Shown in pieces: positions 37,051 to 51,210 of a stretch of DNA of 64,000 nucleotides. Positions within the stretch are counted from its first letter, which is position 1. The number at the start of each line of letters is the position of its first letter. The DNA is from Mobula hypostoma (taxonomy: Eukaryota): positions 4,650,001-4,714,000 of the forward strand of contig NC_086108.1 in NCBI RefSeq assembly GCF_963921235.1, written 5' to 3'. Under the pieces are notes generated by a model. It made no database searches. It saw nothing but the letters and a program-made list of their open reading frames with translations, and was not told the DNA's origin. A program made the position numbers and the translations under genes.

Positions 37051-39591
37051 ACTTCTCCCTTATGATAAGGGAAAGGGTTTGAAACCAGATGCGGATGAAA
37101 TGGGAATGGATAATCCTGCACTTTGCAATCATTCAGTGCAAAGTTGATAGAAACTTGGCAACTGTTTCGATACTACACAAAAGACAAGAGTCACCTGACT
37201 GTGAGCATAGAAGCTGCATTGAGATTTGAGGATCTGTATGGAAGATATTGCAAGATGATCATAGTGTTGACAGCAGTTACAATGCCAATTGCCAATTCCT
37301 AGCAAATGCCTCACTAGGTTCTCAATGGAACTTCAATGGCATTAAACAGAAAGTAGAATTAATTAACCAGTTGCAACAAATAAGATGCTGGAGGAAACCC
37401 GGAGGCTCAGGCAGCATCTGTGGAAGGAGAGGTGCAGTCGACATTTCAGGTCCAGATCCTTCTTCAGAACTGAAAAGGAAGAGGGGAGATAGCCAGCATA
37501 AAAAGGTGAGTGGAGTGGGCTGGTAGGCGATGGTCATCAAGCACTACACCACAGAAACAGACCCTTCGGCCCATCTAGTCTGTTCTAAATCATTACTCTG
37601 CCTAGTCCCATCGACCTGCACCTGGACTATAGCCCTCTGTATCTCTCCCATCCATGTACCTATCCAAACTTCTCTTAAATGTTGAAATCGAACCTGTGTC
37701 CACTATTCCGCTGGCAGCTTGTTCCACAATCTCATCACCCTCTGAGTGAACAAGACTCCCTCCCCCATGTCCTTCTTGAATATTTCACCTTTCACCCTTA
37801 ATCCATGACCTCTAGTTGTAATCTCACCCAACCTCAGTGGGAAAAAGCCTGCTTGCACTCACCCTATCTATACACTCATAATTTTGTACACCTCTATCGA
37901 ATCTACGCTCAATCTTCTGTGCTCCATCGACAGGCGGACACACATGAGGGAGGCTATGATGAGCAGTTGAGAAGGAGAGTGGGAATGATACAAGAAGCTG
38001 GGAGGAGATACAGTGGGCAGAAGAAGCAAAGCCCTGAAGAAGGAATCTGATAGGAGAGCACGGTAGACCAGGGAACAAAGAGCTGTAGAAATGTGTGGTG
38101 GATCAAGAGGGTGTGCTGGGAGGGGTGTGGGAAGATGACACCAGGGAGGCTTAATGTGAAAATAAAACCATGTCAGGGAAGGTGGTTAATTTAAGGACAT
38201 GGCTCAGACATCTTGAATGTTACATTTGTAGTACAGACAGAGACTAAGGCTCACAAGTGTGAGGGAAAATCCAGCTCTCACAGGAGGTGTCTAGTGACTG
38301 AAATGTAAAGCAAAATTCAATTAAAACTACAGCAATGCAAAACAGATGACAGAAGTGAATTACAGGCCGTAATCTGATTTTACTATTAATTTAGATTAGG
38401 CCCACGTAATCAAGCATTCACCACAGAACGTGCACGGGGCAATCCCCTTCACTGCAATTTCATGAGCTTTCTTCCGTATCCAAGGTCCCCCTAGTTTCAA
38501 GGGCGTGATGTGTTCAGACAGCTGCAGCTGCCAGACGGGAAAGTGTGTTTTTGGAACAGTTTGATTTGCAATGCTCGAAGTGCACGAAGTTGCCTCAGAA
38601 AGGCAGCTCTGCTATGTCGATCGCTACATGGCATGTGAGGAACTTGGACAACTGCAAATTGCAGAACCACAAACTTCACAGTGGGTTACAGTGAGTAACC
38701 AGACCTTCACTACATGGAGACAGATTAGGGTGCATCAACTAGCACCTATAAGAAGCAGGAGAAAGCTAGCAGAAAAAGGCATACTCCACGCCATGTGGGG
38801 CAGTATGGTCGCGTGGTTAGCGTAACGCTTTACAGCACTGGCGATCAGGTCTCAATTCCCGCTGCTGTCTGTAAGGAGTTGGTACGTGGGTTTCTTCTGG
38901 GTGCTCTGGTTTCCTCACACATTCCAACAATTCAGAGATTCAAAGTACATTTATCATCAAAAATATGCATGCAGTATACAACCCTGGCATTCATCTTTCC
39001 CACAGAGCAATGAAACACCATGGAACCCACTCAAAGAAAAGCATCAAATCACCCACCCTAAGGCGCAAAAAAAACTGCACAAATGGCTAAAGAAAAACAA
39101 AAAACACAGAATATAAAATTACAAAGTCACAACCCAGGCATATTCTGCTTAGTTCAATCTAGCACTGTGCCATTCGTTATCTGCAGGGCCCGATCAAAAT
39201 TGCCCAAAATAGCAACAAAAAAAGGAGCAACCAGCAAGCACAAACACATCACAACGTGAGCTAGAGAGTCCAATCTACGAACCGCATTGATCACACCTTG
39301 CTCGAGACCCATGAACTGTGGACATTCTATGCTGGCGCCAGAAGTGTGAGGCACTTGCGGCTCACCCTGCACAACCCTCGGACGGTGTTGGTCGTTGACA
39401 CAATTGACACACTTCAATGCAAATGTGACAGATCAAGCTAATCTTTAAATTATGTTTGGTGTCTGATCTACAGTACCATTAATCAGAATCAGGTTTAATA
39501 TCACCAGCAAATGTTGTGTAATGTGTTGTTATATGGCAGCAGTACATTGCAATACATAATAATATAAACTGTTAATTACTGTAAGTATATA

Positions 39592-39843
39592 TCTTCTTGT
39601 GTGCCATACTCTGCCAGAGCCTCGGCGACCACTTTTCAAGTGGTTGTCTTGGAGGAAAGATTCTGTGAGCGGTCCCCCACGTCCTTCTCACAGCGCAGTT
39701 GTTTTTTTACCAGGCCGAGCTGTGAGCTCGACACTCAACCCGGCACGGATGGAAAGCGTGCCCGGGAGCGGCCTGACTGGATTCGAACTCGGGAACCTTC
39801 GCTCCGGAGTCCAGCGCTGATGTCACTGCGCCAGCAGCAGGGT
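39592..39843 (-). mobile_element. Young tRNA-derived SINE with AAG tail
   Basis: Minus-strand head TGGCGCAGTGA...GAGTTCGAATCC; CpG-rich. 12-bp TSD TGTAAGTATATA at 39580-39591 and 39844-39855. Confidence 0.85.
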
Positions 39844-41337
39844 TGTAAGTATATACATATTAAAAAAAGTTAAATTCCATGGCTGTAGTTGAGGATTTCA
39901 GCCATGGAAGTCTAAAATGGAAATATTTGAAGATTTCCGCCAGAGATGCTCACACGAGCTGTAATGTCCAGATGTCACAGTGTATGAAAAATATTCAGAT
40001 AGATTTCATGCTGCTTATTTTCTGCGTTTCCTTCGCTTATAGACGACTGTATTTTCTCCACAAGTGCAGATCAACAGCCTAATATTTGTGCTGAGGTGAT
40101 GTCACGTAGTTCACTGTCATTCCAAAGACGTATGGGTTAGGGTTAGTGAGGAGTGGGCATGCTGTGTTGCTGCAGGAGCTTGATGTAAGCAGCGGATTTC
40201 ACTTCATGTTTCAATGTATGTGTTACAATAAAACTACTCCAAGTGAGGTTTATGAATGCTCTTCCTGGTTGCACATGAAAGCTGGTTTAATATCACTGGC
40301 ATCTGTTATGCAATTTGTTGTTTTGTGGCAGCAGTACATTGTAATATGTAACAATAAAAACCGTAAATTACAGCAAGTATATACAAATTAAAAAGTTAAA
40401 AAAGCAGTGAGATTCAGAGTCTATTCAGAAATCTGATGCAGAGGGGAAGAACTCTTCTTATTACCACCATCACAGCGGAGGTACAGGAGTCTGAAGACAG
40501 ACACTCAACAGCTCACTCCCCTCCGCCATCAGAATCAGGTCTAACATCACTGGCATGTATCGTGAAATTCATTGTCTTTACTGCAGCAGTACAGTGCAAT
40601 ACATAATAATAGAGAAAAAATGTGAATTACCGTAAGAATATATACATGTATATACAGTATATATTAAATAATTAAATCAAATAAGTAGTGCAAAAATATA
40701 AATTAATAAAAAAGTAGTGAGATAACGGGTTCAATGTCCATTCAGAAATCTGATGGCAGAGGGGAAGAAGCTGTTCCTGAATCGTTGAGTGTGTGTCTTC
40801 AGGCTCCTGTACCTCCTCCCTGATGGTGACAATGAGAACAAGGCATGACCTGGGTGGTGGTGGTCCTCAATGATGGATGCTGCCTTTCTGACGCATCGCT
40901 CCTTGAAGATGTCCTGGATGTTATGGAGGCTAGTGCACACAACTGTGCTGACTGAGTTCACAACTTTCTGCAGCTTATTTTGATCCTGTGCAGTGCCCTC
41001 CCCCCACCCCCTCGCCATACCAGACAGTGACGCAGTGAGGACAGTACATCTGTTTTAATTTGCAAGTGCCTTTGGTGACATACCAAAACTCCTAATGAAT
41101 ATAGCCAGTGTCGTGCCTTGCTTGTCACTGCATCGATATGTTGGGCCCAGGAAAGACATGGCTAAGATTGATTTTTCCACCCTGAACATCTACGTAGGCA
41201 TCTTCCTTACCTCATGCCAAACTAGGGTGCAGAGAGGCCCCTTCACTGAGACAACTGAGTCCGTGACACACTCACCCTCTAGCATTTCATACCTACAGCC
41301 TTCAAGAGGAATGAGTGACACAGAAGGTTGTTCTTAC

Positions 41338-41798
41338 CTGGGATGTGCCCTCTCGTTGCCGGTATTCACGCTGAAGCTTGCGTTGCTGCTGCTGGAAGCA
41401 GTGTAGTTTCTCACCCTGTGACCCTTGCTATGGCTGCCGGCGCTCACTGCTGGTGATGAGTCCCTCTTCTTCTCCACGTAAGGCGGTGTACAGTCCAGCA
41501 TGCGCCTGTTGCAGTCCGTCAGCTCACTGTAGGTGACTGAGGCCTGCATTGGCTTCTGTGGCTTATCCCGCCGAGGGACCGTTCTGGCAGGCTTGGCGAC
41601 CGCCGTGGCCGCAGCGAAGGGACTGGGTGTGTAAAGTGTGGTGTCGATACCACTGTCACTGGACGCGCCTTTCACTGAGGCCTCGAGGTCAACCTCCATG
41701 TGTTCCACGTTGTCAAACCATCTCTCGTCACTGTGGCTGCTGGAGGCATTACTGGACAGCGTGTTACTGCTCGACTGGCTCGAGTAGTGGGCATCACT
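41338..41798 (-). CDS. SIPA1L3: SIPA1L3 coding exon C (461 nt, phase 0 to 2): SDAHYSSQSSSNTLSSNASSSHSDERWFD...SSDSGIDTTLYT...RAHPR
   Basis: Acceptor ttctttaacag| and donor AG|gtaaga. In frame with ORF 41334..41708. Carries the SIPA1L-family motifs SSSNTLSSN and SSDSGIDT. Confidence 0.95.
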
Positions 41799-43959
41799 CT
41801 GTTAAAGAACAGGCACAAAATTAGCAGCGGAACCGCAAACTGGGCATGCCCTCGACACAGACAGCCCGGTGGGGGTGGGGGAGGGAACTATTTAAGTCAC
41901 AGACAAAGACCTGAGCCTTCAATTCCTGAGCTCACCAGCTGTGATTTTCCGCCTATTAAAGTGAGCAGGAGGAACGTCACAGGCTGCCGAGGTTGGGTGA
42001 CAAATCTCATCCACACCCCCCTCCCCAACCTCCACCGGCCAGCCGCGGAGCAACTGAACCTTGTGTTAAAAATCACTTAGTTCTTCAGAGTAACACACAC
42101 AGAATGCTGGAACTCAGCAGGTCTTGCTGCATCTATGAAAAGTAGCTAAAACATAGTTGTTCATCACTGTGACTACAGTTTGGGGAAGTGTAGAATTACA
42201 AAATCTAAATTATGTTGCTCAGACTTATTCACCGGAGGTTGGTCGTCCTGTGGAATAACATTCCCATCAAACAAGGAGCTGAGAGCGAATTAGAGATTGT
42301 AAAATAAAAAGGGATTACCTTCAGCACTCATACTATAATTATTATTAGAGGCAACTAAGTGAATGACTTTTACAAAACTAGGGCAGCACAGTTAGTGTAA
42401 TGTTATTAGAGCACCAGCAATCCTGGTTCAATTCCTACCATTACCTATACGGAGCCTGTACACTCTCCCCGTGACCGCGTGGGTTTCGACTCAAGATTAT
42501 TGTCATTTAACTACAAACATGTATACGGTCAAACAAGACAATGTTTCTCCAGAACAGGGTGTAAAGCACAGTAGTACACATAGCACACAATAACTTAGAA
42601 AGTAAGGGTAAAATCTACAACGTATTATACATGGATAAACAAAGTAAAGTGCATAAATTAAATATTGTCAGGTCCAGAGCAGATTATCAGGTGACACTTT
42701 GTGTGTATCATTCAGTTAGTTGCATCCAATAATAATCCTGGCATGCGTGATTTCAGAAGCCTAATGGTCTGAGGGAAGAAGCTGTTTCCCATCCTGGCTG
42801 TTCTTGTCTTTATACATCGGAGTCTCCTGCCTGATGGTAGAAAGTCAGAAAAGCTGTTGGATGGATGGGTGGGATCCTTGATCATACTAAGGGCCCTGTG
42901 TATTCAGCGCTCCAGATAAATGTCCCCGATGGATGGTAGAGAGACCCCTATGATCCTCTCAGCCATTCTTACACTCCTTTGTAGGGACCTCTGGTCTGAT
43001 GCGCAGCTGCTTCCAAAGCAGCTGGAGATGCAACTTGTCAGGATGCTCTTAATGGTGCTCCGTCAGTTAAGATGGGGGGGGGGTGGCAGGGATTGGAGGT
43101 TGGACAGCCTCACTTGCTTCAATCTCCTCAGGAAGTGGAGATGCTGCTGTGCTTTCTTATTCAGGAAGGGACTAGGTGAGGTCATCCGGTCATCCGTGAT
43201 GTGAGCTTTCCAGGAACTTGGTGTATTTAATTCTCTCACATTTCCAAGCCAAACGGGTTAGAAGGTTAGTTGGTCACGTGGGTGTAACTGGGCAGCACGG
43301 GTTCGATGGGCCGGAAGGACCTGTTACCATGATGTATCCCCAAATAAATCAAAATACAGAAATGTTTCATAGTATTTACTTTGCTTTGTTTTTCTTTACA
43401 CAATAAACAGCTTTTTAAAAAAGTCTATCAGATCCCATTTGACATAAAGTGAATCACTCAGGAACACATCACCCTCAGAATCTCACCGGCCCAGTAAAAT
43501 CTCCCATCACCATCCTTTCAATTACCCTCCTCCGCAGATAGTGAAGCAGCTGAGGCCTTAGTGGAATCTAAATGGGTGATACGGTAGCGTAGTGGTTAGC
43601 ACAACGCTTCACAGCGCTAGCAACCCGGGTTCAATTCCCACTGCTGCCTGTAAGGAGTTTCTACATTCTCCCCGGGACACGTGGTTTCCTCCGGGTGCTC
43701 TGGTTTCCTCCCACAGTCCAAAGACGTACGGGTTAGTCTGGCAAGCTGCTGTGGGTGGCCTACGCTCCAGTAGGGATGGTGGGAGTAAGCAAGTAAGTCA
43801 AAGCTGGGGTAACAGAGCAACTCAACAAAACACAGCGTGATTATTATCTGGATCAAACCAGAGTCGTCTCTCAATAGACTTGGTAATGGAAACGTCTTTT
43901 GTTTCAAAATGACAAACCATTCTTTATCTGAGAAGACACACAGAAACAGCAAGACTTAC

Positions 43960-44078
43960 TTTGGCATGCCTGTTAGGTGAATCCTTGCCTGCTAGTTCTT
44001 GCCTTGGGAGCCGCTTAAAGGCATTGTTTCCAGAGTTTGAGTAAACCATGGACATTGTTGGGAGGTGCCACAAAGCCT
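43960..44078 (-). CDS. SIPA1L3: SIPA1L3 coding exon B (119 nt, phase 1 to 0): EALWHLPTMSMVYSNSGNNAFKRLPRQELAGKDSPNRHAK
   Basis: Acceptor tttaatttcag| and donor |gtaagt. Translated by hand (absent from the ORF track). LWH and AGKDSPNRH match SIPA1L3. Confidence 0.93.
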
Positions 44079-44435
44079 CTGAAATTAAAGATTTGCAAAG
44101 TTTTAATTTATAGATATAAAAAACACGCAGGAAAACAGGTTATTCCTACTCTAGAAAGCAATGGGTTCTTTTGCTCTTCATAATGTAAGTGAAACAGGAA
44201 GAGGTACATAAATATTAGAGAGATGTCTAATCTTTTGTTTTTGCCATTTCTGTTTACATTTTCCTAACATTCGTAAAGCACAGGAGCAGGATTAGAGCTT
44301 TCGGCCTACCTAGTCTGCTCTGCCATTCCAGCACGGCTGATTTATTATCCTTTACAACCCCATTCTTCTGCCTTCACACATAACCTTTGACACCTTTACT
44401 AATCAAGGACCTATCACTCTCTGCTTTAAATATAG

Positions 44436-46940
44436 ACCATAAGACCATAAGATACAGGAGCAGACATAGGCCATTTGGCTCATCGAGTCTGCTCCGCCAT
44501 TCAGTCATGGGCTGATCCAATTCTTCCAGTCATCCCCACTCCCCGGCCTTCTCCTCATACCCTTTGATGCTCTGGCTAATCAAGAACCTATCTACCTCTG
44601 CCTTAAATACACCCAATGACTTGGCCTCTAGAGCCGCTCATGGCAACAAATTCCACAGATTTACCACCCACTGACTAAGATAATTTCTCCGAATCTCAGA
44701 TCTAAAAGGATGTCCTTCAATCCTGAAGTCATGCCCTCTTGTCCTAGAAACCCCTACCATGGGAAATAACTTTGCCATATCTAATCTGTTCAGGCCTTTT
44801 AACATTTGGAATGTTTCTGTGAGATCCCCCCTATTCTCCTGAACTCCAGGGAATACAGCCCAGGAACTGCCAGATGTTCCTCATGCAGAAACCCTTTCAC
44901 TCCTGGAATCATTCTCATGAATTTTCTCTGAACCCTCTCCAATGTCAGTATATCCTTTCTACAATAAGGAGCCCAAAACTGCACACAATACTCCAAGTGT
45001 GGTTTCACCAGTACCTTATAGAACCTCAACATCACATCCCTGCTCTTATATTCTGTAATGAATGCCAACATTGCATTCACCTTCTTTACTACCGACTCAA
45101 CCTGGAGGTTAACCTTTAGGGTATCCTGCACAAGGACTCCCAAGTCCCTTTGCATATCAGCATTTTGAATTCTCTCCCCATCTAAATAATAGTCTGCCTG
45201 TTTATTTCTCCCACCAAAGTGCATGAGCATACACTTTCCAACATTGTATTTCATTTGCCACTTCTTTGCCCATTCCCCTAATCTATTGAAGTCTCTCTGT
45301 TTCCTCAATACTACCCGCTCCTCCACCTATCTTAGTATGATCGGCAAATTTAGCCACAAATCCATTAATCCCATAGTCCAAATCATTGACATACATCGTA
45401 AAAAGCAGCGGTCCCAACACCGACCCCAGTGGAGCTCCACTGATAAGCGGCAGCCAGAATGGGATCCCTTTATTCCCAGTCTCTGTTTTCTGCCGATCAG
45501 CCAATGCTCCACCCACGCTAGTAACTTCCTTGTAATTCCATGGGCTCTTATCTTGCTAAGCAGACTCATGTGTGGCACCTTGTCAAAGGCCTTCTGAAAA
45601 TCCAAGTAGCCATAGTCATAGTCATACTTTATTGATCCCGGGGGAAAATGGTTTTTGTTACAGTTGCACCATAAATAATAAATAGTAATAGAACCATAAA
45701 TAGTTAAATAGTAATATGTAAATTATGCCAGTAAATTATGAAATAAGTCCAGGACCAGCCTATTGGCTCAGGGTGTCTGACCCTCCAAGGGAGAAGTTGT
45801 AAAGTTTGATGGCCACAGGCAGGAATGACTTCCTATGACGCTCTGTGCTGCATCTCGGTGGAATGAGTCTCTGGCTGAATGTACTCCTGTGTCCACCCAG
45901 TACATTATGTAGTGGATGGGAGACATTGACCAAGATGGCATGCAACTTAGACAGCATCCTCTTTTCTTTTGGAAGTACACCATGTCTACTGCATCTCCTT
46001 TGTCTTCCCTGCTTGTAATTTCCTCAAACAATTGCAGTAGGTTTGTCAGGCACTCTGAAATCTCATCCCTAACAAGTGATTCCAACAACTTCCCAACCAC
46101 AGATGTCAGGCTAACAGGTCTACAGTTTCCTTTCTGCTACCTCTCACCCTTCTTAAATAGTGGAGTAACATTTGCAATTTTCCAGTCATCCGGTACAATG
46201 CCAGAATCTATCGATTCTTGAAAGATCATTGTTAATGCTTCCGCAATCTCTCCAGCTACTTCCTTCAGAACCCAAGGGTGCATTCCATCAGGTCCAGGAG
46301 ATTTATCCACCCTCAGATTGGCCTCCACAGCTCTCTGTGGCAATGAATTCCACAGATTTGCCACCCTCTGGGAAAAGAAATTCCTTCTCATCCCTGTTCT
46401 AAAAGTACAGGTACATCCTCCAATTTTCAGGCTGATCCTAGAGTCCCCCAGTATTGGAAACATCTTCTCCACATCAGCTCTATCTTTGCCTTTTAATATA
46501 CAATAGGTTTCAATGAGATCCTCTCTCATTCTTCTAAACCCCCGCATGTACAAGCCCAGAACTATCAAATGCCCCTGAAAGATTAACCCTTTCATTCCCG
46601 GAATCATCTTCATGGACCTCTCCCGGATTCTCTCCAACATCAGCACGTCCTTTCTTAGATATCGATCCAAAATTGCTCACGGTACTCCACAGCGGTCTGA
46701 CCATTGCCTTATAAAGCCTCAGCATTACACCCTTGCCTTTGTATTCTAGTCCTCTCGAAATGAATGTGCCTTCCTTATCACTGACTCAACCTGCAAATTA
46801 ACCTTTAGAGAATTCTGAACGGGTCCCCTTGTACCTCTGATTTCTTCCCGTTTGGAAAATAGTCTATGCCCTACCCTGCCACTTCTTTGCCCAGTCTCCT
46901 AAGCTGTCAACATCCTTCTGCAGCCTCCCTGCTCCTCAGT
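44436..46940 (-). mobile_element. Nested CR1 LINE cluster (RT region to 3' tail) with an inserted Rex-like fragment and a second CR1
   Basis: KSPGPDGMHP, DFQKAFDKVPH, GSVLGPLLF, KFADHTKIGG and LEYCVQFWAP in broken frames. Confidence 0.9.
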
Positions 46941-47254
46941 GCTACCAGGTGCCCCAGATTTGAGCTTCCAGTGAGCCGTGGCTCCATGGGAGCCGGAGAC
47001 AGATGGATGTTTTCAAGATTCAAGATTGTTTAATGTCATTTCCAGTACATAAGTATAAAGGAGAACGAAATAATTGTTACCCCAGATCCGATGCAGCTAA
47101 AAACGCACAATAAGATAAAGAATACAGCAATAACCAAAAACACAATAAATATAAATACATAAGATAGTTTATAGATATATAGATTGATTTACGTCCATAA
47201 AGAGACACTAGACACAGGAGAGTCTGTACATAAGATGACCCTGACAAGAAATGA

Positions 47255-50200
47255 TAAAGTGCCTGCTCTGGCCTTTTTCATAGCCAATTGCTGATGGGAC
47301 ATCAACCTTCTCGACTTCACCACTCCTCTCTCCAATTCCAACCTCACTCCCTCCAAACGCTCTGCTCTACGCTCCCTCCGCATCAATCCTAACCCCATCA
47401 TCAAACCCGCCGATAAAGGGGGTGATGTAGTAGTCTGGCGGACTGACCTCTGCCTTGCTGAGGCCCAGCGACAACTCTCAGACACCTCCTCTTACTTACT
47501 CCTTGAACAGGATCCCACTAAGCAGTACCAGGCCATTGTCTCCCACACCAACACTGACCTTATTAGCTCTGAGGATCTCCTATCCACTGCCACCAACCTC
47601 ATAGTTCCTGCACCCCGCACCTCCCGTTTCTACCTCCTACCCAAGATCCACAAACCTGCTTGTCCAGGTAGACCCATTGTTTCAGCTTGTTCCTGCCCCA
47701 CTAAGCTCATATCTGCATACCTCGACTCCATCTTATCCTTCACCACCGCCACCCCGCCACCCAGTTCAGTCCCTTCCTACCTACATCCATGACATTTCAC
47801 ACACTCTGGATCTTTTCTATGATTTTAGATTCCCTGGCCCCCATCATCTTATTTTCACTATGGATCTCCAAACCCTCTACACCTCCATCCCTCACCAGGA
47901 AGGCCTCAAAGCTCTCCGTTTCTTTCTGAACACCAGACCCATCTAGTTCCCCTCCACTATCACTCTCCTCCGTCTAGCAGGACTTGTCCTCACTCTTAAT
48001 CATTTCTCCTTTGGCTCCTCCCACTTCCTTCAAACAAAAGATGTAGCCATGGGCACTCACATGCATCCCAGCTATGTCTGCCTTTCTAACCAGTTCCCCT
48101 CTACCACCACTCTCCTCCGTCTAGCGGAATTAGTCCTTACCATTAATAATTTCTCCTTTGGCTCCTCCCACTTCCTTCAAACTAAAGGTGTAGCCATGGG
48201 CGACCGTATGGGTCCCAGCTATGCCTGCCTTTTTGTTGGCTTTGTGGAACAATCTACATTCCAAGCCTATACTGGTATCCATCCCCCACTTTTCCTTCGC
48301 TACATCGACGACTGCATTGGCGCTGCTTCCTGCACGCATGCTGAGCTCGTTGACTTCATTAATTTTGCCTCCAACTTTCACCCTGCCCTCAAATTTACCT
48401 GGTCCACTTCCGACACCTCCCTCCCCTTTCTTGATCTTTCTCTCTCTATCTCGGGAGACAGCTTATCTATTGATGTCTACTATAAGCCTACGGACTCTCA
48501 GAGCTATCTGGAATATTCCTCTTCTCACCCTGTCTCTTGCAAAAACGCCATCCCCTTCTCGTAATTCCTCCGTCTCCGCCACATCTGCTCTCAGGATGAG
48601 GCCTTTCATTCCAGGATGAAGGAGATGTCTTCCTTTTTTAAAGAAAGGGGTTTCCCTTCCTCCACCATCAACTCTGTTCTCAAACGCATCTCCCCCATTT
48701 CACGCACATCTGCTCTCACCCCATCCTCCCGCCACCCCACTAGGGATAGGATTCCCCTTGTCCTCACCTACCACCCCACCAGCCTCCGGATCCAACATAT
48801 AATTCTCCATAACTTCCACCACCTCCAACAGGATCTCACCGCCAAGCACATCTTTCCCTCCCCTACCCTTCTGCTTTCCGTAGGGATCGCTCCCTACGCA
48901 ACTCCCTTGTCCATTCGTATCCCCCATCCCTTCCCACCGATCTCCCTCCGGGCACTTATCCTTGTAAGCAGAACAAGTACTACACATGCCCTTACACTTC
49001 CTCCCTCACTACCATTCAGGGCCCCAGACAGTCCTTCCAGGTGAGGTGACACTTCACCTGTGAGTCGGCTGGGGTGATATACTGTGTCCGATGCTCCCGA
49101 TGCGGCCTTCTATATATTGGCGAGACCTGACGCAGACTGGGAGATCGTTTCGCTGAACACCTACGCTCTGTCCACCAGAGAAAGCAGGATCTCCCAGAGG
49201 CCACACATTTTAATTCCAAGTCCCATTCCCATTCTGATATGTCTATCCACGGCCTCCTCTACTGTCAAGATGAAGCCACACTCAGGTTGGAGGAACAACA
49301 CCTTATATTCTGTCTCGGTAGCCTCCAACCTGATGGCATGAACATTGACTTCTCTAACTTCCATTAATGCCCCTCCTCCCCTTCTTACCCCATCCCTTAT
49401 TTATTTATTATTTTTCCCCCCGTTCTTTCTCTCTCTCTTTTTCCTCCCTCTGTCCCTCTCACCATAACTCCTTGCCTGCTCTCTATCTTCCTCTGGTGCT
49501 CCTCTCCCCCCTTCCTTTCTCCCTAGGCCTCCCGTCCCATGATCCTCTTCCTTCTCCAGCCTTGTATCCCTTTTGCCAATCACCTGTCCAGCTTTTGGCT
49601 CCATCCCTCCTGTCTTCTCCTATCATTTCGGATCTCCCCTTCCTCCTCCCACTTTCAAATCTCTTACTATCTCTTCTTTCAGTTAGTCCTGACAAAGGGT
49701 CTCGGCCTGAAATGTGGACCGTACCTCTTCCTAGAGATGCTGCCTGGCCTGCTGCCTTCCACCAGCATTTTGTGTGTGTTGCTTGAATCTCCAGCATCTG
49801 CAGATTTCCTCGTGCACGCCTGCCTTTCTGTCAGCTACATGGAACAGTCTATGTTCCAACCCTACACTGGTGTCCATCCCACACATTTCCTACGCTACAT
49901 TGACGACTGCGTTGGTGCTGCTTCCTGCACCCATACTGAGCTCGTCGACTTCATCAACTTTGCCCCCAAACTTCCACCCTGCCCTCAAATTTACCTGGTC
50001 CATTTCCAACACCTCCCTCCCCTTTCTCGATCTCACTGTCTCTGTCTCTGGAGACAGCATATCTACTGATGTCTATTATAAACCACAGACTCTCACAGTT
50101 ATCCAGACTATACCTTTTCCCACTGTTACTTGTAAAAACATCATCCCCTTCTCTCAATTTCTCTGTAACGGCCATATCTGCTCTCAGGACGAGGTTTTTC

Positions 50201-51210
50201 ATTCTAGAACGAAGGAGGTGTCCTCCTTTTTTAAAGAAAGAAGATTCCCTTTTCCCACCATCAACGCTATCCTCAACCACGTCTTTCATTTTACACACGT
50301 CTGCACTTACCTACATCTTCCCCCCGCCCCACCTCCCCACTTACTGCTTTCCGCAGAGATTGCTCCCTACGTGACTCCCTTGTCCATTCGTCCCTCCCCA
50401 TTGATCTCCCTCCTGGCACCTACCCTTGCAAACGGAACAAGTGCTACACCTGCCTCTACACCTCCTTCACTACCATTCAGGGCCCCAAACAGTCCTTCCA
50501 AGTGAAGTGACACTTCACCTGTGATTCTCTTGCCGTCCAGTGCTCCCAGTGTGGGCTTTTGTATGCCGGTGAGACCTGAAGTAGATTAGGAGACTGCTTC
50601 ACTGAGCACCTATACTATGTCTGTCAGAAATACTGATATCTCGCAGTAGCCACCCATTTTAATTCTACTTCCCATTCCTATTCTGATACGCCTATCCACG
50701 GCCTCCTCCACTGTTGTGATGTGGCCACACTTAGGTTGGAGGAATAATACATTATATTCCAACCTGATGGTATGAACATAGATTTCTTGAACTTCCAATA
50801 ATGTCCCCCCCGCCCTCTCCTTCACCATTCCCCATCCCCTTTTCCCTCTCTCACCTTATCTCTTTGCCTGCCCATCGCCTCCCTCTGGTGCTCCTCCCCC
50901 CTTTTCTTTCTTCCATGGCCTTCTGTCCTCACTTATCATACTCCCCCTTCTCCAGCCCTGTATGTCTTTCACCAATCAACTTCCCAGCTATTTCCTTCAT
51001 CCCTCCCCCTTCAGGTTTCACCTATCACCTTGTGCTTCTCCCTCCCTTCTCACACCTTTTAAATCTACTCCTCATCTTTTTTCTCCAGTCCTGCCGAAGG
51101 GTCTTGGTCTGAAACATCAACTGTACTTTTTTTCCATAGATGCTGCTGAGTTCCTCCAGCATTTTGCGCATCTTGCTTGGATTGCCAGAATCTGCAGATT
51201 TTCTCTTGTT
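47255..51210 (+). mobile_element. Penelope-like (Neptune-type) retroelement pair: a younger copy (48088-49815) nested in an older copy
   Basis: IIKPADKGG, FYLLPKIHK, FTMDLQTLYTSIP, KGVAMG and RYIDD (48298-48312). GIY-YIG GVIYCVRCSRCGLLYIGET at 49071-49127. CxxxxCxxC linker. Frameshifts and stops present. Confidence 0.93.

Noticed and set aside
39770..39843. tRNA gene
   Set aside because: A/B boxes are present, but this is the head of a TSD-flanked SINE with no convincing cloverleaf.
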